The notes under the pieces are model-generated. The model worked only from the letters and a program-made list of their open reading frames with translations. It ran no database searches and was not told where the DNA came from. Positions 48,608 to 57,782 of a stretch of 64,000 bases of DNA are shown here, piece after piece. Every line of letters begins with the position of its first letter. Within the stretch, counting starts at the first letter, position 1. The translations under genes were made by a program, and so were the position numbers. Origin of the DNA: Myxococcota bacterium (lineage in GTDB: Bacteria > Myxococcota_A > SURF-8); NCBI GenBank assembly GCA_963674735.2, contig CAXXQS010000002.1, positions 1,216,001-1,280,000 of the forward strand. The letters are read 5' to 3'.

Positions 48608-50053
48608 ATGAATGGATTCAATTTCGAGCTTAGTTTAGAGAAGTTTTACCAGCTGGTGGTGACCAACGATGCGGTTTTCTACAGCGTCATCGCGGCCACG
48701 GCGTTGCTGTTGATTCTGTTGATCTGGCGGCTGGCGCGCGTGGGTAAGCCGTTTGACGATTTGGAGGATGAGGCGGATCCGGATCGCGAAAAACGCGATC
48801 GGATGGTCGATCACATGATCGAAGACATCACCCATCAGGCACCTGAGCACGAACGCATCGAAGAACCGCGCATACAACCGGTGCAGCCGACGCCGGAAGA
48901 TCTTGAGAAGCTGCGCCAACGCCGGATGGAAGCGAACACCGACACGGTGGAAGTGCTGCGCACGCTTTCCACGGATTCGGCGGTCAAGGCCTACCAAACC
49001 CGGCCGGTGGGAGAAGCGGAACCGGAGCTGGTTCACCTGCAACAAGCTCCCGTGCCGGATCAGACTCCTCAGCCTGTGCCCGCCGAGACACCGAAACCGG
49101 TCGTCAAGCCGGAACCTACGCCCAAACCCAAGCCGAAGGCGAAAGCGGAGCCCAAGCCGAAAACCCTGGAAGAAGGGCTGGCTAAAACCAAAGGCGGTTT
49201 TATCAATCGTCTCAACAGCTTGGTATTCGGCCGTAAACAGATCGATGATGCCATTTTCGAGGAATTGGAAGAGATTCTGTACGAAGCCGATATCGGTCCC
49301 ACCGCCACGCGCTTGTTCGATAAAGTGGCCGAGCAGGCCAAGCGCAACGAATTGAAAGACCCCGAGCGTATTCGCGAGCTGCTGCGCGAAGAAATCGGCC
49401 TGATTCTGGCCAAGGCCGAGAAACCCTTTGTGTTATCCGATGAAAAGCCCCAGGTGATCCTGATGGTGGGCGTCAACGGCGTGGGTAAAACCACCACTAT
49501 CGGCAAGCTGGCCAAATCGTTTTCCGATCAAGGCAAACGGGTGATGCTGGCCGCGGGTGATACCTTCCGCGCGGCGGCAGTGGAACAATTGGATGTTTGG
49601 GGTAAGCGCGCCGATGTTGACGTGATCAGCGCCAAAGAAGGGGCCAATCCCTCCGGGGTGATCTATTCGGCGGTGGAAGCGGCTAAAGCGCGCGAGGTGG
49701 ATGTGCTGATTGCCGATACCGCCGGGCGATTGCACACCAAGTATAACCTGATGGAAGAACTGCGGAAAATGAAATCCGTTGCGGGGAAGGCCCTGGGGCG
49801 CGAGCCGGACGAGATCTGGTTGGTGCTCGATGCCAATACCGGCCAGAACGCGGTCAATCAGGCGGCCAAATTCCACGAAGCCCTGGGTTTGACGGGACTC
49901 ATCCTCACCAAGCTCGACGGCACGGCCAAGGGCGGTGTGGTCATCGGCATCACCGACCAACTGGAGCTCCCCATTCGCTTCATCGGTATCGGCGAGGCGG
50001 TGGCGGATCTGCGGCCCTTCGTTGCCAAGGAATTTGTGGAAGCACTGTTCTGA
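48608..50053 (+). CDS. ftsY: SRP receptor FtsY with an N-terminal TM helix
   Basis: GVNGVGKTTT, DTFRAAA, DTAGR and TKLDGTAKGG. Confidence 0.96.
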   Translation: MNGFNFELSLEKFYQLVVTNDAVFYSVIAATALLLILLIWRLARVGKPFDDLEDEADPDREKRDRMVDHMIEDITHQAPEHERIEEPRIQPVQPTPEDLEKLRQRRMEANTDTVEVLRTLSTDSAVKAYQTRPVGEAEPELVHLQQAPVPDQTPQPVPAETPKPVVKPEPTPKPKPKAKAEPKPKTLEEGLAKTKGGFINRLNSLVFGRKQIDDAIFEELEEILYEADIGPTATRLFDKVAEQAKRNELKDPERIRELLREEIGLILAKAEKPFVLSDEKPQVILMVGVNGVGKTTTIGKLAKSFSDQGKRVMLAAGDTFRAAAVEQLDVWGKRADVDVISAKEGANPSGVIYSAVEAAKAREVDVLIADTAGRLHTKYNLMEELRKMKSVAGKALGREPDEIWLVLDANTGQNAVNQAAKFHEALGLTGLILTKLDGTAKGGVVIGITDQLELPIRFIGIGEAVADLRPFVAKEFVEALF

Positions 50054-50166
50054 GGGGATCGAGCCGATCTCACCAGTTGCCAGCCATTACATAAAACAAA
50101 CCCGGTGATCCAAGCCAAGCTTCGACACCGGGTCTATTTTTTTGTGTCTTGTGTGCGAGCGGACAC

Positions 50167-50349
50167 TTAGCCCATGGTGATGGCGCCGAGCGGGCACACT
50201 TCGATGCATTCGTTGCACTCGGTGCAAGCTTCGGGATGCACGACGACCGCGACATCGTTCTGGATTTCGTAGCAGTTGGGGTCGCCCGGACACACCGCTT
50301 CGCAGGAACCGCAACCCTCACAGAGGTTTGAATCGACGACAGTAGCCAT
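50167..50349 (-). CDS. 2x[4Fe-4S] ferredoxin
   Basis: CEGCGSCEAVCP and CTECNECIEVCP; AGGAGG RBS before ATG 50349. Confidence 0.93.
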   Translation of the reverse strand: MATVVDSNLCEGCGSCEAVCPGDPNCYEIQNDVAVVVHPEACTECNECIEVCPLGAITMG

Positions 50350-50514
50350 AAGAGATCCTCCTTGAAAGACCATGCATGTTCATTTCAACCTAGCCTACCA
50401 GTGGTGTCGATACCACCGGAAGGCCGGGGGCGTCAAGTGAAAAGGACAGGTTGACGATATTTTTAATTAGCTGTCAAACCCATCGGGTTCGTGGAAATTC
50501 ATGTTTCAACAACC

Positions 50515-53136
50515 TTACGGCAATCCGGGTGCGGTGTAGCCGTTGTTGTCCGTATCGATGAAAATCGGGTTGAGGATGCTCAAGACCGGTTGTCCGGGCG
50601 AAACCGGACCGAGGTCTTTTTCGGGTGCGCCCGCCAAAACGGCCACCCAGCTATCTCCGTCGAGAGCCGGCAAGGTGTGGGTGGCGCTGTAGCGTTCCGT
50701 CTCGGTTCCCGAAACGGCTTCCTCGACCACCGTTTGCCCGTTGACGACGATACGAATCCAGTCCACCGGCATCCATGACGGGGCCTGTACGTGTACGGCA
50801 ACCTCGTAGGGGCCATCGCCGGTCACGGTTCCGCCCACGCCGACTCCATTGATTTCAGCGGTGACGAAGGGACCGGAGGCCGCCATGACTTGCAGGCTTT
50901 TGACGGCCGTGATGAGTTCGTTGTTGCTGACGGCGTTGGGGTCGTCCTTGCCGACGTAAACAAAGCTGCGGCCATCGCCGGGATTGTTCTCGGTGTGCGA
51001 GTCGGATACCGCTGTTCCGGCTACGTGAATGCCCTGGTTGAGCAGGCTGTACCAGTCGGGCAGAACTTTGCTGAGGGACGTGCTCACAGCTCCCGAGTTG
51101 ATGAGTTCCACCATGTCGAAATCTTCGGAGAACACACCGTCTTCAAGGCCCGCGACCCCGACGGCGGGATCGTAGTCGATGACATCGAAATAGCCTTGCG
51201 AGCCGCGCGGATGATTGATCTGGACGAGCTGGCTATCGAAGGTATCGTGCAACTCGGTCCAGATTTCCGGCATGCTCATCGGTCCCAGGAAATGATCGTC
51301 CTCGGCGTCATAGCCTTTGTACCAGTAGACGCCGAAATAGTCGGGTCGTTCGGGTTGTTTGGTGAGAATGATCCCATTGGTGTGCGCCCAGGGAGGCGAA
51401 ACTTCGTCACCGACGAGCACACGCAGATAGTCGCGCAAGCCCAGCGGATCGACCAGCGGATCGAGATTGCTGATGTGATCGTGGTCGGTGATGGGCGTCA
51501 ATTCCAAGCCGACGGCCGCCAGTTGGGTGACCCGTTCTTCGATCGGGACGACGGCGTCGATGGATAGCTCCGTATGCATGTGGAAGTCGCTGGCGATCCA
51601 GCCCGTACTATCGACCACGCGGGTCAGATCTCCCGTGAAATCGATTGTTTGTTTCGCGGCTAACGTGATGGATTTCTGAACGATGTCGTATTCGTAACCG
51701 CGCGAAGCGGTGAGAGTGTAGTCGCCGGGTTCGAGCAGGAAAGTTCCCTGGCCATCGGTACTGAAGACGCGTTTGATGATGGCCGCGCCGGAGGCTGCGT
51801 CGGTGCCCGCTTGTACGCTGATGCGGCAAGGCAAACCATCGTGCGAACTACCATCGAAGTGCTCGCCGCCGATGGTAAAGGTGATGCGTCCGGTGGCGGG
51901 CAGCGCGATTTCGGCTTGCACGGGTTCGTCGCCCACGGTGACGGGGCCCACCGGCTCTCCTTGCGGACGACCGTTTTGACGCGTGATAACCGTGTAATTT
52001 CCGAGGGGTAGATTGAACGCCAGCGGTGCATCGCCGATCCGGGCGGTTGTGACCGGAATGTCTTCGTCGTCGAGAATCTCCACTTGAGCGGGCTGACCGG
52101 CGTCTTGTGGGTCGTCCAGGCTGGTCGTCACCGTGAGCGTGGTTGTCGCGTCGCCGGTGATGGCCGCGCGCTCTGCATGCACGGCCTCGAGGTTGGGGCC
52201 CACCGAGAAATAGCGGGTGAAGCTGCCGGATTGTCCCGGTTTTATGTCGACCCGAGTGCCGACGATGGGCAGAATGTCGGCCTGGTCGAGAGGAACATTC
52301 AGCAGGCCTTCCGCCGGATAATAGCCGTAGGCGATGCCGTCTCCCACTGCGAACTGGGCCGGGAAATCGCCCAGAGCAGCCAGACCTTTAAGCCCCCAGC
52401 CCAAGCCGGGTGTCAGAATATCGAGGCGGTTGCTCCAAACGACAGCGTCGCCCAGATCCACTTCCTGGCGGCTGTCGGAAGCGACCGTGGTGGTGATTTC
52501 CAAGCTGCGGCTTTCGGGGAGCAGGCGGTAATCCAGGGTGACCGCGAGGCCGAGAGACTGAAAGGGGATCGCCATGTCGACGATGGGGATTCCATAGTCC
52601 CGCCCGGTCACGCGCAGATGGGCGACCGTCCCCGCCGAGCCGTCGTCGATGACTTCGAAGGTTTCGGGGATGAAGCCGCGCAGGATGGCCGTAATGATAC
52701 TGACTTCGTCGAGGAGATCTTCGCCTTGTTCGTCGCCGTCCAACCAGACCGCATCGATGAGCGTGCCGCCCATGGGCACCCAGGAACGGGTTTTCCCGGT
52801 TCCCTGTATGACAAACAGAGCCCGTTCGTTCGCGATCAGGTAGTCGCCGGCCTGTACACCCGCCGAGGGGCCGTCCAGAACGGCGCTTCCGTCGCTCAGC
52901 AACTCAACCCGAAGTCCGGTCAGCGGAGGTTCATCGCCGTCGGGTTCATCGCCATCGGGCTCGTCGCCATCAGGCTCATCACCGTCGGGCTCATCACCGT
53001 CGGGAGTATCACCATCCGGTGTGTCGCCATCGGTGGGGTCACCGGTATCGCTGTCGGAACCTCCGCAGTTGACGGCAAAAAACATCAGCATGCTCAAAAC
53101 AACCAACATGACGCCATTTAAACAAATCCGACGCAT
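50515..53136 (-). CDS. PHP-type (CehA/McbA-like) metallohydrolase lipoprotein
   Basis: Lipobox-like AVNC; DFHMHT..S.D, ITDHD, GDE, QINHPR and SDSH. Confidence 0.85.
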   Translation of the reverse strand: MRRICLNGVMLVVLSMLMFFAVNCGGSDSDTGDPTDGDTPDGDTPDGDEPDGDEPDGDEPDGDEPDGDEPPLTGLRVELLSDGSAVLDGPSAGVQAGDYLIANERALFVIQGTGKTRSWVPMGGTLIDAVWLDGDEQGEDLLDEVSIITAILRGFIPETFEVIDDGSAGTVAHLRVTGRDYGIPIVDMAIPFQSLGLAVTLDYRLLPESRSLEITTTVASDSRQEVDLGDAVVWSNRLDILTPGLGWGLKGLAALGDFPAQFAVGDGIAYGYYPAEGLLNVPLDQADILPIVGTRVDIKPGQSGSFTRYFSVGPNLEAVHAERAAITGDATTTLTVTTSLDDPQDAGQPAQVEILDDEDIPVTTARIGDAPLAFNLPLGNYTVITRQNGRPQGEPVGPVTVGDEPVQAEIALPATGRITFTIGGEHFDGSSHDGLPCRISVQAGTDAASGAAIIKRVFSTDGQGTFLLEPGDYTLTASRGYEYDIVQKSITLAAKQTIDFTGDLTRVVDSTGWIASDFHMHTELSIDAVVPIEERVTQLAAVGLELTPITDHDHISNLDPLVDPLGLRDYLRVLVGDEVSPPWAHTNGIILTKQPERPDYFGVYWYKGYDAEDDHFLGPMSMPEIWTELHDTFDSQLVQINHPRGSQGYFDVIDYDPAVGVAGLEDGVFSEDFDMVELINSGAVSTSLSKVLPDWYSLLNQGIHVAGTAVSDSHTENNPGDGRSFVYVGKDDPNAVSNNELITAVKSLQVMAASGPFVTAEINGVGVGGTVTGDGPYEVAVHVQAPSWMPVDWIRIVVNGQTVVEEAVSGTETERYSATHTLPALDGDSWVAVLAGAPEKDLGPVSPGQPVLSILNPIFIDTDNNGYTAPGLP
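52927..53031 (-). repeat. 7 x 15-bp repeat encoding a DGD(T/E)P linker
   Basis: DGDTP x2 plus DGDEP x5 shortly after the lipoprotein Cys. Confidence 0.9.
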
Positions 53137-53285
53137 CCTTCCGACTCCTTTGCATTAAAAGCCGTGTTAGATCAAGATTACGAAACCGTTAGAGAGGGTA
53201 CATCAGGCGGAGAGAAGAAAATAGGAAAAAATGCAGGAAATGGCGCAGAAAGGAATGAAAACCGGGAGCGCGATATGAGGTGAAT

Positions 53286-53873
53286 CTAGGGAAAACGCAG
53301 ACCGACCGAAATCTCCGTTCCGAGACCGGAGGTCATGATAAGGCTTTGCAGACGACCGCCTTTCAAGCCGGTTGCACCGTACATCAAGGCGACTTCGACG
53401 TCGAGTGCCAGAATGGGCGCCATATACCAACTCAACGAAACGGGCACGCGGCCGTATAGCTCCGTACCCAGATCCACCTGATCACCAAACACGAACGTGC
53501 CGCGTATGCCGAAACCCACTGATGGTTCGATTTCACCCAATACCCAGCGCCAGTTCAAACCCAAGGCGGTTCCGATCGACTGTAAATCGCCGAAATCACC
53601 TTGGGCTGTTTCATAGGCATACAGGGGTTGAAGTTGAAAAACGAAGCCTTCCCGACCGAAAAGCATGTCGGCCGCAACTTGTCCCCCGTGACGATCGTCG
53701 ATGGAAAGACCCAGGAGCGATCCGTCTTGAAAGAACACATACCCTGCTTTGGGGGCCAGGCTGAACCAGGGGCGTTTTGGGGTGGTGGTGTTTTCTGCGC
53801 GGACGTCGGCGAACAGGGAAAACAAGGGACCGAGAAACAGGATAATGAAGACGACGTATCTGATCACAACCAT
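53286..53873 (-). CDS. putative outer-membrane beta-barrel protein
   Basis: Signal peptide; amphipathic beta strands; ends VGLRFP. Confidence 0.65.
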   Translation of the reverse strand: MVVIRYVVFIILFLGPLFSLFADVRAENTTTPKRPWFSLAPKAGYVFFQDGSLLGLSIDDRHGGQVAADMLFGREGFVFQLQPLYAYETAQGDFGDLQSIGTALGLNWRWVLGEIEPSVGFGIRGTFVFGDQVDLGTELYGRVPVSLSWYMAPILALDVEVALMYGATGLKGGRLQSLIMTSGLGTEISVGLRFP

Positions 53874-53959
53874 TCACCTGCGGATCGGGTTCATTTGGTC
53901 AAGCTCCCCTTGGTTGTACTCGCGTAGGCGGACGAAGTCAATGTGACGATTACTAAGGA

Positions 53960-54829
53960 TCAGTGCAATTGAGGTTCCTGGTCGTCGGAGTCGTCGAACC
54001 AAGGGGTGTTTTCGGGACTGCTGGGGGCTCGGTCGGAAGCGGTGAGTGAGCTTGGCTCGGTCGGATTTTGGCTCTTCGCTTCCGGGGTTTCGTTTGTTTC
54101 GGATTCCCCGCGGCGCACTGCCATGATTTGTTCGAGAAATCCGAGCGAAAAGCGCCGTGACTTATACAAGCTGCGCAAATCGGGAAGGGACAGCGAAGGC
54201 AGAATGAGCATGACCAGCCGGGGAGGCGTATCGGGGTTGTTGAGCAGAGCGGTTTTCACCCGATAGCGGGCAAACCACTTGGGATGTTCCACCACCTGGC
54301 GTAGGGCTTCCGGGTGGTTGGGACGTCTGGCGCATATTTTGATGACGTGTTCTTCTTTAAGCTGCGGATGACGCAGCAGGTTTTTAATGACGGCCGGATC
54401 GGGGTCGACCAGGAGTTTTTCGAGCAGAAGCGGCGAAGCTTTGCGGGCATGCCACTTACGTTCGCCGAGTGTCATATCCTGCAAGTCCTGATGGGCCTGC
54501 AGGTTTTTCGGTTTCGGCTTGCGAATGGGCAGGGGGGCCAGCCATTCCGTGGCCAGCAGCAGACCTTGGCGGTCGGCGATATCGAAAATCGTACTCAGGC
54601 GACGTCCGAAGCATTCGCGAACGATACTGAAATCCGTCATATCTCGAAGTAGAGCCAGGCTGTTACGATTTTTCCGAATGGCTTGGCGATAAAGTTCGTC
54701 GAATAAATGGGCGACTTCTTCATCGCTGAAACGGGAAAACTCGTGGGCGGTGCGCCGTGCACGGAAGCTCGCTTCTTTGAGGGGCCTTACGCGTTCGGCG
54801 ATGGCCCGGATGATGTCATCATAGTCCAT
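53960..54829 (-). CDS. hypothetical helical-repeat (LRV-like) protein
   Basis: MTLGERK..AR, DPDPAVIKNLLRHP and YRVKTALLNNPDTP repeats. Confidence 0.7.
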   Translation of the reverse strand: MDYDDIIRAIAERVRPLKEASFRARRTAHEFSRFSDEEVAHLFDELYRQAIRKNRNSLALLRDMTDFSIVRECFGRRLSTIFDIADRQGLLLATEWLAPLPIRKPKPKNLQAHQDLQDMTLGERKWHARKASPLLLEKLLVDPDPAVIKNLLRHPQLKEEHVIKICARRPNHPEALRQVVEHPKWFARYRVKTALLNNPDTPPRLVMLILPSLSLPDLRSLYKSRRFSLGFLEQIMAVRRGESETNETPEAKSQNPTEPSSLTASDRAPSSPENTPWFDDSDDQEPQLH

Positions 54830-54869
54830 GCTGTTCGCCGCTCAATTCATGACGATCGTTGAAACGGCG

Positions 54870-54909
54870 CAAAAAAAACGCCGCATGACCGGAGATCCGG
54901 TTGGCGGCG
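54870..54909 (-). terminator. terminator after the His-Xaa-Ser peptide gene
   Basis: Minus strand reads CGCCGC-CA-ACCGG-ATCT-CCGGT-CAT-GCGGCG followed by a T run. Confidence 0.8.
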
Positions 54910-54938
54910 GAAGCATGGCCGTTTGATCGAAACGCTGT

Positions 54939-55352
54939 TTACCAACTCCCGTGGGAACCATGTGAGCCGTGGGAGCCATGCGAGCCGTGGGAGGCGTGGG
55001 AGCCATGGGAGCCGTGGGAGCCGTGGGAACCATGAGAACCGTGGGAGCCATGCGAGCCATGCGAGCCATGCGAGGCATGCGAACCGTGCGAGGCATGTCC
55101 GGCATGCAACGACTGTCCCTCGGCCATGGCGGCTTGAATGTCCGGCGAATGGCCGTCCAGATAGTCGGCTGCGTCGTGATGGTCCGGTCCGATGTTGATC
55201 CCTTCTTTTTCAGCTGCTTCGAGCGACTGTCCCAGGAGAAGCAAAGTTGTGGATGCCGTGAGGGCTTGCTTCTTGGTGATTTTGCCTTCTTCTCCCGTGA
55301 GGAACTGGCCGACCTTTTTTTGAATTTTAGGGAGCTTGCGTTTCGCACTCAT
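54939..55352 (-). CDS. His-Xaa-Ser repeat protein (HxsA-like putative RiPP precursor)
   Basis: AAAGGAG RBS; 137 aa; basic/hydrophobic leader and acidic spacer, then HAG plus 17 H(G/A)S triplets and a terminal W; synonymous codons vary within the repeat. Confidence 0.9.
   Translation of the reverse strand: MSAKRKLPKIQKKVGQFLTGEEGKITKKQALTASTTLLLLGQSLEAAEKEGINIGPDHHDAADYLDGHSPDIQAAMAEGQSLHAGHASHGSHASHGSHGSHGSHGSHGSHGSHGSHGSHASHGSHGSHGSHGSHGSW
54945..55106 (-). repeat. 18 x 9-bp degenerate tandem repeat encoding His triplets
   Basis: HAG-HAS-HGS-HAS-(HGS)8-HAS-(HGS)5 read directly from the codons. Confidence 0.95.
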
Positions 55353-55486
55353 CAGCGTCTCCTTTGTGGTCGCAGCGCGAGTAAACCAACCCGCTTCCGA
55401 CGGCCCGGTCGGCATCAATCGATGCAGATACACTCCCCTTGACGCCAGCCTCTCCATCAGACATACGTCAAGTCAAGGTAAGATCA

Positions 55487-55516
55487 ATTGTAACAGACCC
55501 ATTTGCAGTCTGTCAA
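55487..55516 (-). promoter_or_regulatory. sigma70 promoter of the HxS peptide gene
   Basis: Minus strand TTGACA-N18-TACAAT with an extended TG; the -35 box overlaps the palindrome GTCAAGCTTGAC (55512-55523). Confidence 0.65.
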
Positions 55517-55579
55517 GCTTGACGTGCATGTATGTCAGTCCTAACAAATGTCGGGCAAAAATCGTGGATCTTTTTGAAA

Positions 55580-56647
55580 TCAGTCCCGAATTTCATTTTG
55601 GATGATTCGGCCCAGTTCGGCCAGACGCGTCATGACCAATTCGGCTTCCATTTCGCTCATGGTTCCCATGCCGCAAGAAGGCGTGATCATGCTCTGTCGC
55701 CAGATCAGGTCTTCATCGATGCCGTGTTTGGCCAGGTGGGCGACCAGTTGTCGTAGGTGGGCGGCGAGATTCTCGGTTGTTTGGGTATGAATGTCGGCCG
55801 ATGTGGGAACGACGCCCCAAGCCAGCGCGCCGCCGTCTTCGAGGAAGGGCCCAATACGATCCGCATAAAGAGCGATGCTTTCACCGTAGCTGAAGGCGTC
55901 GAAATTGAGAATATCGGCTCCGGCGTCGATCAGGATCGTCCATTCGGTGTTGCCGCAGACATGGACGCCGACCACGGCCTTTTCTTCGTGCACGGCCGCG
56001 ATTGCCTGTGACAGGTAATGGACGACGTCTTCGCGGGTGACGTTGATATAGCAGGACGAACCGAAAGCCGACAGGGTCGGTTCATCGAGAAAACAAATCA
56101 CCTTTTCGGCATAATCGCGGAACAGGCGTACCTGCCAGCGCGCGTTCAGCGCCGCGTTTTGCGTGGCGACTTCAGCTAAAGCATCATTGAAAAAAATGGG
56201 CTTGCCTGTTTCGTCGAATACCGTCAGCGCGAAGGATACCGGTCCGGTGGCGTGAACTTTCACAAAGGGCGGTTTCGCTTCAAGTGCTTTGAAGCGTTCA
56301 AGTGCGGCCGGAATTCCGGCGGAAGCCTCGGTCGAGATGGCGAAACGACTGAAATCACTCGATTCCGGCGCCGCAAACGCCGCTTCGTAAAAGGAAGTCA
56401 GTTCATCGGTCAGGCTTTCGCGGTTGGCATCGATGGAGATCTTGGCGCTGTCGGGATGCTTGACTAAACCCGGTAGCCCTTCGCCATATTGCGGTAAAAA
56501 TCCCTCGCGCCAGTCGCGTTTGGGAAGTTGGGGCCAAATGGGGGCTTCGGGGACGCATTTAAGAATCCAGTCGAGTGCGGCATGGGGATCGGTATGGGGC
56601 AGACTTCCGATCATGGTGGTCAATCCCCGGGGTGCGTCGATTCTCAT
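55580..56647 (-). CDS. single-barrel (core) cobalamin-independent methionine synthase-like protein
   Basis: IGSLP, WPQLP, TGPVS, LDEP, Zn-ligand pattern HVC...PSCG; about half the length of MetE. Confidence 0.8.
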   Translation of the reverse strand: MRIDAPRGLTTMIGSLPHTDPHAALDWILKCVPEAPIWPQLPKRDWREGFLPQYGEGLPGLVKHPDSAKISIDANRESLTDELTSFYEAAFAAPESSDFSRFAISTEASAGIPAALERFKALEAKPPFVKVHATGPVSFALTVFDETGKPIFFNDALAEVATQNAALNARWQVRLFRDYAEKVICFLDEPTLSAFGSSCYINVTREDVVHYLSQAIAAVHEEKAVVGVHVCGNTEWTILIDAGADILNFDAFSYGESIALYADRIGPFLEDGGALAWGVVPTSADIHTQTTENLAAHLRQLVAHLAKHGIDEDLIWRQSMITPSCGMGTMSEMEAELVMTRLAELGRIIQNEIRD

Positions 56648-57011
56648 ATGGCTCTCCTTGAGTGAGGTCCGAGCAAAGATTTATCCTAGCATTGCCGTGT
56701 CTGGTGGGAAAGCTGAAAATTTTCTTTAACGTATCACGATTATAGGTTTGGTGAAAAAGTTGCATTTTCAGAACGATCTGGTTATGATGCGCACGAATTC
56801 AAGTCGTGGAAGGTCATACGGCTATGGAGTGGTACATCTTCGGAATTTTCGCCTATACGGGTATTGGGTTGACCATCATGCTCATCCTGCGTTTCTCGAA
56901 GGTCGGCCAACGCTATCGCGACGACAAATAACCCGTGTATAAGAGTCCCGTTCCCGGCGCCGCCATCCTGGCCACGTCTCATATTCTGAATATAGTTAGG
57001 AGAGGTATCTG

Positions 57012-57782
57012 ATGTCGGGTTATGGCTTTGCCGAACGGTTGGTGTGTGTGTGTATGGCGCTTTTGCTTCCGGCAGTTCTTTGGGCTGAAGAGGGTTCGAA
57101 TTCCGAAACCCCCGATATTGCTCCGGTTGTTAAGACCGATGTCGCCGCAGATGTGGAGGCAGGCCAAGCCATCGCGCCGGTCAACACCGTCGAAGACACT
57201 CCGGCCGAAGCGACGCAGCCTGAAGCCGTGGCGGAAGACGCCCCGGTCGACGAAGGTGCGGGTATGCTGGCGGGCGTCAAATCGATTGTCATCACCGACC
57301 GGGTGTCCATCGGCACTTTGGGCAAAGATTTGATCGCCGAGTATGGATTTCAGATCGAATTGACCAGCCCGCACTTCGGCATTGTCGGGCGTTGGGCCTA
57401 TTTGCAGAATTACCCCACGACCATCGGCTTCAGTTATGATCTGGGTTTTGCTTTTCATTATTATCCCTTCGGCGAAGGCCCTTCAGGGCTGTATGTCGGA
57501 CCGGGTTTCAACCTGATCCACATGTTCCGCAATCCCGACCCGCTGCCCGCCATGGTGGTTCCCAAGGAAATCGAATACCTGGTGCGTTTTTATCGGACTG
57601 GATACGGCCATTCGTTCGATTTCATGACGCCGATTCTGGAGGTTGGCTATCGGTATCGTTTCCCCTTCTATCTGACTCTGGGTGTGGAATTGACGGCCGG
57701 GTACGCTTTTTCCGACCAACCGCGCCAGTGGGAGTCGAATTTCTTCTGGGTGTTCAACCCGCAGATCGGCTTTTCCTGGTAA
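57012..57782 (+). CDS. putative outer-membrane protein
   Basis: Signal peptide; aromatic beta strands (VGYRY); C-terminal IGFSW beta-signal. Confidence 0.7.
   Translation: MSGYGFAERLVCVCMALLLPAVLWAEEGSNSETPDIAPVVKTDVAADVEAGQAIAPVNTVEDTPAEATQPEAVAEDAPVDEGAGMLAGVKSIVITDRVSIGTLGKDLIAEYGFQIELTSPHFGIVGRWAYLQNYPTTIGFSYDLGFAFHYYPFGEGPSGLYVGPGFNLIHMFRNPDPLPAMVVPKEIEYLVRFYRTGYGHSFDFMTPILEVGYRYRFPFYLTLGVELTAGYAFSDQPRQWESNFFWVFNPQIGFSW

Noticed and set aside
54923-55442. Alternative-frame ORFs over the HxS repeat (54969-55442 +, 54923-55198 +, 54842-55348 -)
   Set aside because: These are shadows of the 9-bp repeat. Only the minus-strand HGS frame has an RBS, promoter, terminator and third-position variation. 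The track's 55457 start was shortened to ATG 55352 on RBS evidence.
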